64,000 bases of DNA from Deltaproteobacteria bacterium (GTDB lineage: Bacteria; Myxococcota_A; Polyangia; Fen-1088), in the NCBI GenBank assembly GCA_033763315.1, contig JANRKS010000009.1, positions 1 through 64,000 of the forward strand, given 5' to 3'. The notes under the pieces are model-generated. The model searched no databases, was not told where the DNA came from, and saw only the letters and a list, made by a program, of their open reading frames with translations. Made by a program: the position numbers and the translations under genes. Position 1 is the first letter of the stretch. Each line of letters starts with the position of its first letter. Of the stretch, positions 24,652 to 34,178 are shown one piece after another.

Positions 24652-24786
24652 ATGAGTCACGAAGACTTTGAAGAAAGTGTTGATGGTGTGGCACCACGTG
24701 CGCCGCGAAACGCCCACAAGACCTGGCTGATCTTGCTGGCTGTGTGGGGAGGACTGGCGCTCCTCATTGGCCTTAACATGAACTAG
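24652..24786 (+). CDS. 44-aa single-TM small protein
   Basis: GGAGG RBS at about 24638; C-terminal TM ending GLNMN; followed by a hairpin. Confidence 0.6.
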   Translation: MSHEDFEESVDGVAPRAPRNAHKTWLILLAVWGGLALLIGLNMN

Positions 24787-24792
24787 GAACGT

Positions 24793-24836
24793 GTCGTCGC
24801 TTGGTCGCCCATGAGCACCAAGCGACGACTGCTTTT
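24793..24836 (+). terminator. Hairpin, probable terminator
   Basis: Perfect 13-bp inverted repeat gtcgtcgcttggt/accaagcgacgac followed by tgctttt. Confidence 0.6.
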
Positions 24837-24906
24837 GCTGTCCGCCCACCATCAGGGTCATCTGCCGGCCGCGAGTTTGATCCCGTGCCTTACGCCGTTG
24901 GGCCAT

Positions 24907-24947
24907 ACGAAGCGAATAGGTTGTGACTAACGAAGCGTCGTAGCCCT
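24907..24947 (+). repeat. 41-bp direct repeat, copy 2 (orphan TKRIGCD* tail)
   Basis: acgaagcgaataggttgtgactaacgaagcgtcgtagccct. Confidence 0.9.
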
Positions 24948-25938
24948 ACCTGGATGACCTCCGTAACAACGTAAGATCATCTATCAGCAACGAGGCGCCA
25001 TCGGCGGCGCCCCCCATGAGGTAAAGGGCCGTCAGTTGATCCTTTGGCTGAAGCTCCCGCACGGTATCCCGGACGGGCCGCATGTCTTGCAGACGAATCG
25101 TTCTTTCGTTCCAACGATCAGATTCAAGATCGGTCACATCGTATTGATAATTCTGCCGCTGAGTGAGGTTATAGATCTGCAGCCGTACACGGTTAAAGGG
25201 CGCGCCTGTGTAGACGCGGAACCGCAATTCAAGTTGTGGATCGTAAACAGCGATGGCTTCATCTGCCGGCTGATAGACGACAGACCGAACATCTGGTGCG
25301 TATTTTCCGTAGCCGCCTTGGATTGAAAAGTGATTCTCGCTTCGAGCGTCCATCCCTTTGATAATTTGGCCGCTTGTAAAGCCCCGCGGCAGCTGGCCAT
25401 CTTCGAAGTCAAAGCGGCGCAAGATGACTTCTTCTGCTTCGTTATCCACTGACACTTTCGCTGCGGCATTGTCCGGCCCATCGGGTTCTGTAACCCGAGG
25501 AATCGCAGAAAGAGGCGGCTTGACACTGTGATCAACGGAATCCGGAGGTGCTGCGGCGTTGACAGGGGCGGAAGCACGATCGGGTACCGGCAGAGTTGAG
25601 GCTCGATGTTTCGCCGGCTGCAGAGACTTAACAGCGGCCAACGCGAGGCCAGTCCCAGCGAGCATGGCCGCCACGTGCCACCACCTAATTTTGCGGCCGC
25701 TGCCCGGTCTTTGGTGGGGCTTGGCCGCGCGCGATTGGATTCGTGCCTCCAAGGACCGCGCCACCGATGGCGAGCCAAAGGAATTGCGTAGGGCCACTTC
25801 CTGTCGCAACCAATCGCCCACGAGCTTGTTGTTCTCAGGCATTTGACACAAGCGCTCGAGCTCTTCCGCGCCTGTGTCGCTAAGCTGCCCCTGCAGCGAG
25901 TCGTTGAGCAAGGAAAGTAAGAGTTCTGGTTGAGTCAT
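24946..25938 (-). CDS. Probable anti-sigma factor: N-terminal helical domain, TM, Pro-rich linker, carbohydrate-binding-like beta-sandwich
   Basis: Coupled to the ECF gene; LQGQLSDTGAEELERL; WWHVAAMLAG TM; FDFEDG...LIDDLTL. Confidence 0.65.
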   Translation of the reverse strand: MTQPELLLSLLNDSLQGQLSDTGAEELERLCQMPENNKLVGDWLRQEVALRNSFGSPSVARSLEARIQSRAAKPHQRPGSGRKIRWWHVAAMLAGTGLALAAVKSLQPAKHRASTLPVPDRASAPVNAAAPPDSVDHSVKPPLSAIPRVTEPDGPDNAAAKVSVDNEAEEVILRRFDFEDGQLPRGFTSGQIIKGMDARSENHFSIQGGYGKYAPDVRSVVYQPADEAIAVYDPQLELRFRVYTGAPFNRVRLQIYNLTQRQNYQYDVTDLESDRWNERTIRLQDMRPVRDTVRELQPKDQLTALYLMGGAADGASLLIDDLTLLRRSSR

Positions 25939-26519
25939 TGGTGCTTGCTTTGCTGTTCAACGCAGGCCCGCAACGCCAGTCTTGTGCGAAACAATAGTTG
26001 CCTGGTGGCGGCCAGTGATCTTCCGATGGCGTCTGCGATCTCGGGCAATGAAAGGCTGTTTTCATAGCGGAGCGACAAAACCTGGCGCGCCTTGCTGGTA
26101 AGCCCTTCTCGGCAGCGGCGCAAGGCGGTTTCCAGTCCGATGGTCGCCCCGCCGTCGTCCCCGCCACTTTCTTGCAAGAGCTCTTGAAGGTGATGCTGGT
26201 AGGCGGCCAAATGCCTGTGGTGGCGAGAAGCTTTTCGCAATTCATCACGAGCGAGGTTCCGGGCCACCGATCGCAGCCAGACTCCGAAATCCCGAGTTTG
26301 ATCGAAGGAGTGCAAGTGTTCGTACACATTTAGAAATACTTGCTGCACCAGGTTCTCGCACAGCGAGCGGTCGAGCAGGGTTTGCGTCGCTATACGCCAT
26401 ACCGAGCGTTCGTGACGTTTGACAAGTTCCACAAAGGCATTCACGTCGCCTTTTGTGGCGCGCCCGACGAGAGCCGCGTCTGTCTCGTGAGTGGCAACGA
26501 AATCCATCGGAAGGTGCAT
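25935..26519 (-). CDS. ECF sigma-70 factor
   Basis: GDVNAFVELVKRH; ENLVQQVF; FGVWLRSVARN; LRYENSLSLPEIA...LFRTRLALRAC. Confidence 0.92.
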   Translation of the reverse strand: MHLPMDFVATHETDAALVGRATKGDVNAFVELVKRHERSVWRIATQTLLDRSLCENLVQQVFLNVYEHLHSFDQTRDFGVWLRSVARNLARDELRKASRHHRHLAAYQHHLQELLQESGGDDGGATIGLETALRRCREGLTSKARQVLSLRYENSLSLPEIADAIGRSLAATRQLLFRTRLALRACVEQQSKHQ

Positions 26520-26919
26520 CAACCCTAAACCTGTACGCCGCAGTTTTCAGAAATAACGGGAGAAAAGCGCGAGGGCTTTTTTTTGCGTTACGATTTTGGA
26601 GATCGGCGTACCCAGTAGATGCAGCGCCTCAATCCTCTGGTGTTCTGTCCGTTTGTCCTAGCCTTTACCGTGTGCCTCTTGGGGTGCTCCGCTGACGCGG
26701 GCCGTGGCCAAGACGCCGCCGCGTCACCCTCCGAGGGTTAAGGGGAATTGAGCGAGCCATCGAAACAGGTTTGTGAACTCCAGCGCTTTTTCGTCGGGCT
26801 GTGGCCGGGTGGCTACTGCGCCTGGTTGCAAAGGGGTCATTTGCACGCTACGGCTGGGCGTCACGGTGGCCTGGCGGGCCACCCCTGTAAGGTTCGAGAT
26901 CACACAAAGGCAATTGGCA

Positions 26920-28644
26920 ATGACACTTCTTCCGTTTTCACACGCCCGTGCGCAAATCGCGCGGATCTTCGCAGTGGCTCTTCTTCTGCTCGTGGCCTGT
27001 GAAGGCGCTGACAATCAATCGACGGAAGGCGCCGTTCTGCGGTTGGCGACCACGGTGACGCCGCCAGACGTCCTGTGTCTTCAAGTGACGGTCTCGGGCG
27101 GGACGCGACAGATCGTCAGGACGTTGCCAACGACTCCAGGTAGCACGCTCGAAGCCAGGCTGGAGGGCCTCCCAACGGGCACGGCATCGGTGAGCTTGCG
27201 CGCATTCCCGACGGCGTGCGCGGGTCTCACGCCTGCCACCGAGGCCACCTGGCTCAGCGACGTCCTATCGGTCACCCTGGTGCGCGGTCAACCGGTGGAT
27301 CTGGCTGTCACCATGCGCGCCAATGGGCGCATCAATCTAAACGTCAGCTACGACTTTGACGTGGCACCCGATGCAGGGACGCCTGCGCCCCGATTGGCGC
27401 TGTGCGAGCACGTCTCGAACCGGATCGGACAACGGTACTACTGTGTCAACGAGATTCCGGGCGCGACCTATTCTTGGATCAGCGTTCTGGATGGCGTTGT
27501 GACTCCGCTTGCAAGCAGCACGCGTTGCAGCCCGCAGTCAATCATCTTGGCGGGCTCCACGCTTGAGGTTGTCGCGACCGTGGGGGGAAGTTCGTCCGCG
27601 CCTCTGTCGATCCCGTTTGCGACGCTGCCCCCGATGCCGCTTGATCCGCTGTGCACAGGCGACGTGGACGCTGGCGCCCCACCGACGACTTCGCTGGAGC
27701 TGATTGGCGCGCAAGCGACCAGCCCGACCACGGTCGTCCTGACTTTCAGCCGGCCCATCGATCCAGCCAGCGTGGCCCCCAACGGATCGCAGTTCGTCTT
27801 CAACAACGGACTGATCGCAAGCGCGGCGATGGTCTCGGACCGCACAGTCTCCATCGCCACCAGCGTACAGACCCGCGGTACGCAATACGAAATCACCGTC
27901 GCCAACAGCATCACCGATCTGACGGGCACGGCGGTGGGAACGCCCGCGAGCGCGCTGTTCGACTCCTTCTTTGTGACGGCGGTGGTCCGCATCAACGAGA
28001 TCAACGCCAACATCTCGCTCAACTGCGACCTCATCGAGTTGCGCGTGATCAGGGGCGGCAGCATGGAGGGCTTCAGGCTCACCGAACGCACCGGTGGCGC
28101 CAGCGATCTCAACCTGACATTCGGCCCGCTCGTCGTGCGAACAAATGACTTCGTCGTCGTGCATACCAGCGCGCGCAACTTAACCTGCAACCCCGGGGGA
28201 GCAACGCAAGAGGCGACGTCGCCCAACCAACAGGCGGCCACCACCTTTGGCGGCAACTTCGACGCTGCATACGACTGGTGGTCCGAAGACAACGGATTGA
28301 CCAGCACTGACAACGTCTTCACTCTTTTCGACGATAGGGGCGCGGTCGTCGACGCCGTTTTCCTCTCCAATGATCCGGCCGCGGCAACGGCGGCCTCTGG
28401 CACTGAAACCGCAGCCGCCGCCGTCGGCGTCGCTGGCCAGTGGAGTCCCGCGCTCATGAGTTACGTCGATAGCGTTTTCCGTATCAACGCAGCCGATGAT
28501 CTCGACGCCACCGGTATCAACGCGGCCGGCAATTCATGCCAGCGCGTGAACGACGACGACACCAACAGCAAAGCTGACTGGACCACGGGCATGGGTGCGG
28601 CGTCGACCTGGGGCGCGCTCAACGCCGGCCAGCGCGCGCTTTGA
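26920..28644 (+). CDS. Lipoprotein with Ig-like (Big_5-like) and lamin-tail-like domains
   Basis: LVAC lipobox; TTVVLTFSRPIDPASV; VRINEINANI...DLIELRV; start inferred. Confidence 0.72.
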   Translation: MTLLPFSHARAQIARIFAVALLLLVACEGADNQSTEGAVLRLATTVTPPDVLCLQVTVSGGTRQIVRTLPTTPGSTLEARLEGLPTGTASVSLRAFPTACAGLTPATEATWLSDVLSVTLVRGQPVDLAVTMRANGRINLNVSYDFDVAPDAGTPAPRLALCEHVSNRIGQRYYCVNEIPGATYSWISVLDGVVTPLASSTRCSPQSIILAGSTLEVVATVGGSSSAPLSIPFATLPPMPLDPLCTGDVDAGAPPTTSLELIGAQATSPTTVVLTFSRPIDPASVAPNGSQFVFNNGLIASAAMVSDRTVSIATSVQTRGTQYEITVANSITDLTGTAVGTPASALFDSFFVTAVVRINEINANISLNCDLIELRVIRGGSMEGFRLTERTGGASDLNLTFGPLVVRTNDFVVVHTSARNLTCNPGGATQEATSPNQQAATTFGGNFDAAYDWWSEDNGLTSTDNVFTLFDDRGAVVDAVFLSNDPAAATAASGTETAAAAVGVAGQWSPALMSYVDSVFRINAADDLDATGINAAGNSCQRVNDDDTNSKADWTTGMGAASTWGALNAGQRAL

Positions 28645-28689
28645 GCTGGCGGGGGCGTCTCGCCCGGCATCGGCCCCGTGTTGGGTCGA

Positions 28690-28930
28690 TGATGCTGGAG
28701 TTGGTGGCACACCAAACGGACCCCGCGACTGTCTTCACCGGCCATCTCTTTTGCTGGACCACGGCAGCCGCGGTATCCATCTCTTTTCCGTGATGGTACT
28801 CCAGACCCTCTTTGAGGATTTCGATTTCATCGATCTTTTCAACAAGAAGCCGTTGAAGCTCCCGGAGCATTGCCCGAGCCGCCTTCATCTCGGACATCGA
28901 TAACAACTCTTTCCTCGGCCACGAGTTGCT
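28690..28930 (-). mobile_element. Degenerate IS3-family (IS2-like) transposase remnant at the OrfA/OrfB junction
   Basis: LRELQRLLVEKIDEIEILKEGLEY, then shifted-frame RWIPRLPWSSKRDGR* and PVKTVA, resembling the IS2 OrfA end and OrfB start. Confidence 0.65.
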
Positions 28931-29063
28931 GGCTAGGCGTGCCGGATGCAAGGTGAGGCGTGCCTCGTTGGGCACGCCCCTTGCCGATGATTGGCATGCG
29001 TCCGCGCGGCGCAATCCGCTTGCGCGCTTAACGAGGCCCATCTCTTCATGGTATTGAATCGGG

Positions 29064-29984
29064 ATGCCTTGGTGGGTTGTGTTCTTGGTATCGCTCGGCG
29101 TTGATCAGGAAGCGCAAAGGATAATGCCGTGCTTGACGGAGCGCGCCCTTGACTTGGCACTTGTTCAGGCCGGCGAAGACCCCTCGCATTGGAAGCCATT
29201 TCACCTCAAGGTTCGCCAGCAAAATGACTCCATCGTGATTGGCGTGTTCGGCCCCGGGATTGAAGCGCCACTCATCGAGAAGACTTTGATCCGTGACGGA
29301 GAATGTGACGATTTGGCAGCGACCATTGCTGCGATTCTCGCGGCATCAAGAACCGAATTGCCTGGATTCGCGAACGAGATTTCACTCCCAGCTGGTCCCA
29401 ATGTAGAAGCGGAACCTAGTCCCAGGCCAACTGAAATCGACTTTGTCGCAAAGACAGTTCGTTACGATCCTTCCAAGCCGATGCCTGCTTCGCTTCATGT
29501 CGCTGGCGGCGTCACGGCAGCCGGCGCAACGACGAGTGGCACGATCGGGGCCATGGTGTCTCTGCGGCCAACTTTGCGGGCACCCGTCGAGCTAGATTTT
29601 GGGCTTCGTTACAATGCCCTGGCGCAAACGCCGCTAGGAACAGGGTTGGCATCGTGGGAACGTTGGACCGCGATGGCGGTGGTTGCAGCGATGGTTAAGG
29701 CGGGGCCAGGACAGATCCGAATCTTCGCCGGCCCCCAGGTTTCTCTTTTAGGCGTCCGAGGGCGCGGTTATGTCGAAAACCGTCAGGCATCGTCGTTTGA
29801 CGCGGGGGCTGCTGCTGGCACCCAAGTCGTTCTCGGTCGAGGTAGTTTGCGGCCTTGCCTAGGATTGCAGGTCAACCGTTGGTTCGGTCGGCAAGACCTC
29901 TCTTTACGAGGTGCCAATGACCGTGAATCGGTTCCTCGTTGGGATTTCTTTGCGTCAGTCGGGCTTTTCTTTTCGGTTCGGTGA
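29064..29984 (+). CDS. Hypothetical exported protein with a C-terminal beta-barrel-like region
   Basis: Hydrophobic N-terminus; ECDDLAATIAAILA; Pro-rich linker; alternating Gly/hydrophobic strands ending VGLFFSVR. Confidence 0.65.
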   Translation: MPWWVVFLVSLGVDQEAQRIMPCLTERALDLALVQAGEDPSHWKPFHLKVRQQNDSIVIGVFGPGIEAPLIEKTLIRDGECDDLAATIAAILAASRTELPGFANEISLPAGPNVEAEPSPRPTEIDFVAKTVRYDPSKPMPASLHVAGGVTAAGATTSGTIGAMVSLRPTLRAPVELDFGLRYNALAQTPLGTGLASWERWTAMAVVAAMVKAGPGQIRIFAGPQVSLLGVRGRGYVENRQASSFDAGAAAGTQVVLGRGSLRPCLGLQVNRWFGRQDLSLRGANDRESVPRWDFFASVGLFFSVR

Positions 29985-30610
29985 AACGTTTGCACTCCCC
30001 CAGGGCATGGTGGTCCGTGCAGGAGACCGCGCGGATCGCCCTTCCGGCCCCAAAAACCATGGATCTGGAGGCACTTTTTGCACTCCATGGTGCGAGCATC
30101 CGCCGTTGGGCCGTACGTTTGGGAGGACCCAACATCGATGCGGACGATGTACTTCAGGAGGTCTATCTTGTTGCAGCACGCCGCAAGCTTGACTCCGAAC
30201 AGGTGGGGGTGAAGACCTGGCTCTTCCGCACAACGAACCTCGTGGTTCGCAGCTTGCAGCGGCGGCAGCGCTGGCGACATTGGATTGGCCTCGATAGCGC
30301 CGCGGACGAAAGCTCGGTTCTTCGGTCGTTGGACAATCCCTCTGAGAACGTGCTGCGCTATGAACGTGCGCGAATTCTCTATCGGCTTCTCGATAAGTTA
30401 CCGCGCAAGCAACGTGAGGCGGTTGTTCTCTTCGAGGTTGAGGGGCTGGCAACCACCGAGATAGCAACCCTTTGCGGGACGAAGGTCGAAACCGTTAGGG
30501 TTCACATTCACCGCGCTCGTGCCGCGCTTGCCAAAATGGTTGGTCAACTGTCGGAGGCAGAACGCGATGTGCTGGAAAGGCCTGGAGGAAGAAATGAAGT
30601 CCAACCATAA
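29981..30610 (+). CDS. ECF sigma-70 factor
   Basis: DADDVLQEVYL; KTWLFRTT; LPRKQREAVVLFEVEGL...ETVRVHIHRAR; GTGA overlap with the upstream gene. Confidence 0.92.
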   Translation: MKRLHSPRAWWSVQETARIALPAPKTMDLEALFALHGASIRRWAVRLGGPNIDADDVLQEVYLVAARRKLDSEQVGVKTWLFRTTNLVVRSLQRRQRWRHWIGLDSAADESSVLRSLDNPSENVLRYERARILYRLLDKLPRKQREAVVLFEVEGLATTEIATLCGTKVETVRVHIHRARAALAKMVGQLSEAERDVLERPGGRNEVQP

Positions 30611-31565
30611 CGAGCCAAGCCGGTGGGCCCAAACTAACTTTCCACCTGGCGTTGATCGAACGCTTTCCGACATGCTCCGAGCCGCTCGCGACCTGCCTGT
30701 GCCCGATGGTGCCCATCCAATCCGTTCCTCGCAGAGGTCCCTTAACCGAACTGGTTCGTCGATTGGTTCGCTGCGTTGGTCGCCGGCTGTGCTGGCATTG
30801 TTCCTCTTGATAGGTACAGCCGGCGTCGTGGCAGGAACGCAAGTTTTCCGCACACGCGTGCGCTCCGTGGCAAGCCATGCGCCTGTGCTTCCTGCATTTC
30901 AACAGGAAAGGCCAGCGTCACCCGTCAGAAATTTGAAGGACACGACGAAGCCGGTAGTTGTTCAACCCGAGAAGCAACTAGCCCGCCTATCGACTCAAAA
31001 CGCGCGTAGCCCCGGGAAGCCCAATCGTCGCACCGTCCCCGTCGTTGAAAACGCGTTGGAGACCCAACCCCAAAGGGTGGCTTTACGTGAAGGAAGTGCC
31101 TTGAGCGAAATCTATCGCCTGCTGCGCGCGGATAAGAATCCGGCTTTGGCCCTGCAACGTCTTGATGATTTTGCAGACGCGTTTCCTGCTTCACGGCTGC
31201 TGTCAGAAGCACAGCTTGCGCGCGTGGAAGCGCTAGTAGCCACAAGCAATTACGGCGAGGCAACGCGCGCTCTTGAACTCGTTCATCCGGAATCAAACCG
31301 CCTGCGCCGCATGGTAAGAGTTACCCGAGGAGAGTTGCTTGTGAAGCAAAACGCTTGCGAACAGGCGATGGTTGAATTCGACACGGTTATTGCTGAGAGC
31401 GTTCAAGACGTTTTCGACGAGCGCGCGCTTTATGGTCGTGCCTCATGCCGTCTGGAGTCTGGCGACGTAGCTGGCGCTCGCTCTGATCTGGCGCGATACC
31501 TTGAACGGCACCCCAAAGGCGTGCGAGCGTCAAACATTAAGAAGCAACTACAAAGTTCGCTGTAA
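30594..31565 (+). CDS. TM plus TPR protein, probable anti-sigma factor
   Basis: GGAGG RBS; single TM; LDDFADAFPASRLLSEA; ERALYGRASC...YLERHPKG TPR motifs. Confidence 0.78.
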   Translation: MKSNHNEPSRWAQTNFPPGVDRTLSDMLRAARDLPVPDGAHPIRSSQRSLNRTGSSIGSLRWSPAVLALFLLIGTAGVVAGTQVFRTRVRSVASHAPVLPAFQQERPASPVRNLKDTTKPVVVQPEKQLARLSTQNARSPGKPNRRTVPVVENALETQPQRVALREGSALSEIYRLLRADKNPALALQRLDDFADAFPASRLLSEAQLARVEALVATSNYGEATRALELVHPESNRLRRMVRVTRGELLVKQNACEQAMVEFDTVIAESVQDVFDERALYGRASCRLESGDVAGARSDLARYLERHPKGVRASNIKKQLQSSL

Positions 31566-31595
31566 CGTTTGTGCGGCAAGCGGGCATGGTGGAAC

Positions 31596-33659
31596 ATGAA
31601 ACTAACAAGCCGATGGCCCGCGCCACTTCTATTCTTGACCCTCGCCGCATGCGATACCACCAATGTTGTGGGGGTGGTCGTCGACTCGGGCGTCGCGGAT
31701 GTAGATAGTGCTTTGCCTCCAGATGCGGATGTTGCAATGGAAGGAAGCCTGGGCCCAATCGGTAAATTTTGCGGAACACTAGGTGGCGGTGAGGTTCAAC
31801 ACATTGCGGCCGCAAGCAAGGCATCCATCATGGCGGTTGCATACGCATCGGGCCTAGTGGTGATTCGCGACGCCACAACCGGCGCTTTGTTGCAAACACT
31901 GGCAGGCCATTTTGGGCCTTTGCGTGCAATGACCATCACGAGCGATGGAAAGCGGCTGGCCACGGCCCGGCTCACGAGGGTCACTGTGTGGGACACTACG
32001 ACGGGTGCGCAGCTCCATCAACTTGAGTCGTCTTCGGGATTCAGCAGCCTGTCCTACGCCCCTGACGATGCGACCCTTGTAACGAGTGCTGCGGCTGGCA
32101 TTGTCACGCAATGGTCGGCGCTGGATGGTCGTTCAAATTGGCGGACCGTTCTCGACGATGGAGTCGACAGTATTCACCACCTGCCCGATGGCAGCGGCGT
32201 GGTCGTGAGCAAAGGCGGTAGTCTCGTCACGTTAAGTGCAAGCAACGGAACGGTTGCGCATGAAGTGAGACTGGGTGCAGGAATCTTGGGCGGGGGGATT
32301 GTCGGAATCTCCTCAGATGGCAAATATGCGATGGGCAGCTTGCCGAATCGCGTGTCGGCTTGGAGTCTTGAGACAGGAGCTTCGAAATGGGTAGTCGACT
32401 CGGGCAAACACCAAGGCCGCGCGTATGCAGTTGAGCCTCAAGGACAGTTTGTTGTGGTTACAAGACCCAGGCCCACTTTGGCCGCCGATCAACCAAAGCC
32501 TCTGAGCACCACTGTGGCCCTCCTAAGAGTCACGGATGGCGAGGTCCTAAACAGTATATCGGTGGCTGGTGAAAACACGGCCATGGCCGTGCTTCCCGGG
32601 TCGCAAAAGATCGCCTTCGGCACCGCTTCAGGCACGATTGATCTGCTCGACCTGGTGTCAGGCACTTCGTCGCCAATGCTCGCGGCGCCCGCTGATCGCG
32701 TGCATGCCCTTGCACCTTCAACGGGCAGCGCGCGCGAGTTGTACACCGACGTCGATCAATTCAACATCTGGAGCGAGGAAGAAGACGCGGTGAAACAAAT
32801 CAACCTAACCTCGCGCTGGCCGGTAAACGAATCTCTTGCTTTGTCCCCTAACGGTTCGGTAGTGGCGGTTCTAAAGATTTACGGCATTGAGTCTCGACGA
32901 CAGGAGGTGCGCCTCCTTTCAGTACCTGAAGGTCAACCGCTTGCCACCTTTCGGCGCGATGTCACAAGCGCCAGCTTCTCGCCCGACGGACAGAAGGTAC
33001 TCACAACCTGCCATTGCGCAGGAAAGGGCCAATCAATCCAAGAATGGTCGCTGGCAGGACACCTTCTCGCAAGTTTTGGAGACTCAAACTTAAATGTGAG
33101 CAGCGCCGTTTTTGCACCAGATGGTACGCGCTTGGCGGTTATCGCTGCGTCCGGGGCCACGAGTACAGGCATCGTGGGTATGCTCGACTTGCGAACCAAT
33201 CAGATGCTTTGGACAGCCGGGCCGGGCCACGAGGGTGCATTGCGGGGGTTGCGTGGCAATCTGGCGTTCTCACCCGACGGAACCATGCTTGCCTTCAAGG
33301 ATCTGCGACCCGTTGGAACAGGTGCTGTAACTGTTTTCAACTCATCCTCGGGTGCGGTGATCAAGCACATGTCATTGCCAGAGGGCAACGATTCTGGCCT
33401 CGCCTTCAACGAACGCACAGGAATGCCATGGTACTACTCTGGAGGCACCCTCCAATTTTCCCCTGACCAGTCGTACTTGGCAGTGGGTGGGTCAAAAGGC
33501 GTGCACGTATGGCGAACCAGCGATTGGCGGCGCCACGATCCCATCGAGATTCCCGCAGACTCGCTCGTGTTCGATCGCAAGCGCGGCACTCTTATGATTA
33601 CCGACGTTGATGGTTCATTGCGGAAATGGTGTGGGGTGGGCGCCGGTCTGTCTCGATAG
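31596..33659 (+). CDS. WD40/PQQ-like beta-propeller lipoprotein
   Basis: LAAC lipobox; repeated FSPDG/SSDG blades; TLAGH; VTVWD. Confidence 0.85.
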   Translation: MKLTSRWPAPLLFLTLAACDTTNVVGVVVDSGVADVDSALPPDADVAMEGSLGPIGKFCGTLGGGEVQHIAAASKASIMAVAYASGLVVIRDATTGALLQTLAGHFGPLRAMTITSDGKRLATARLTRVTVWDTTTGAQLHQLESSSGFSSLSYAPDDATLVTSAAAGIVTQWSALDGRSNWRTVLDDGVDSIHHLPDGSGVVVSKGGSLVTLSASNGTVAHEVRLGAGILGGGIVGISSDGKYAMGSLPNRVSAWSLETGASKWVVDSGKHQGRAYAVEPQGQFVVVTRPRPTLAADQPKPLSTTVALLRVTDGEVLNSISVAGENTAMAVLPGSQKIAFGTASGTIDLLDLVSGTSSPMLAAPADRVHALAPSTGSARELYTDVDQFNIWSEEEDAVKQINLTSRWPVNESLALSPNGSVVAVLKIYGIESRRQEVRLLSVPEGQPLATFRRDVTSASFSPDGQKVLTTCHCAGKGQSIQEWSLAGHLLASFGDSNLNVSSAVFAPDGTRLAVIAASGATSTGIVGMLDLRTNQMLWTAGPGHEGALRGLRGNLAFSPDGTMLAFKDLRPVGTGAVTVFNSSSGAVIKHMSLPEGNDSGLAFNERTGMPWYYSGGTLQFSPDQSYLAVGGSKGVHVWRTSDWRRHDPIEIPADSLVFDRKRGTLMITDVDGSLRKWCGVGAGLSR

Positions 33660-33768
33660 CCCTTAACGTGTCTTGGGCGGGTGGGATCGTCGAGCGCCGA
33701 TCAGCTGAAACTTGAGAATATGCCTCTGCGGAAGAGAGAGCAGATGCGCGAGAGCAGGTTCAGGTTTT

Positions 33769-33827
33769 TTCTATTTTAGGTTATGTCGCGGGGGCCAGAT
33801 TTGAACTGACGACCTTCGGGTTATGAG
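33769..33827 (-). repeat. att-like duplicate of the tRNA-fMet 3' half plus trailer
   Basis: 57/59 identical to 39666-39724; the match ends just past the anticodon loop. Confidence 0.92.
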
Positions 33828-34178
33828 GGTTACGGTGGTGTTCCTAAGTTGCCAAAATGCCCTGAAAGCAAGGGTTTCTTAAGAGGGCAAGGGACCCGGA
33901 GGGACTCGGAAGGTCTGCGACGGACGCGGTAAGTGCATCGTTTGTGCATCAAGTGGGTGATGATGCAAACCAGGACGCCATGTGTCTTGAGGGGCCCCTG
34001 GAACAGGATCAGCCGAAAGCCCTCCCGCGCGGCTTGGCAGCAAGAAACTGCGGGCCCCATGGGCTGTGTGCGGACCGGCCGGTGGACGGTCCGGCATATC
34101 AAGCACCAGCATTCTTTCAGGAACACGCCGGTGGGCCGCAAACTGGAACTGCACCACGGGGTGACGTGTGGAGTCTGC

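Noticed and set aside
33656-33662. tagccct as a third copy of the 41-bp repeat
   Set aside because: Only 7 bp match, which is expected by chance.
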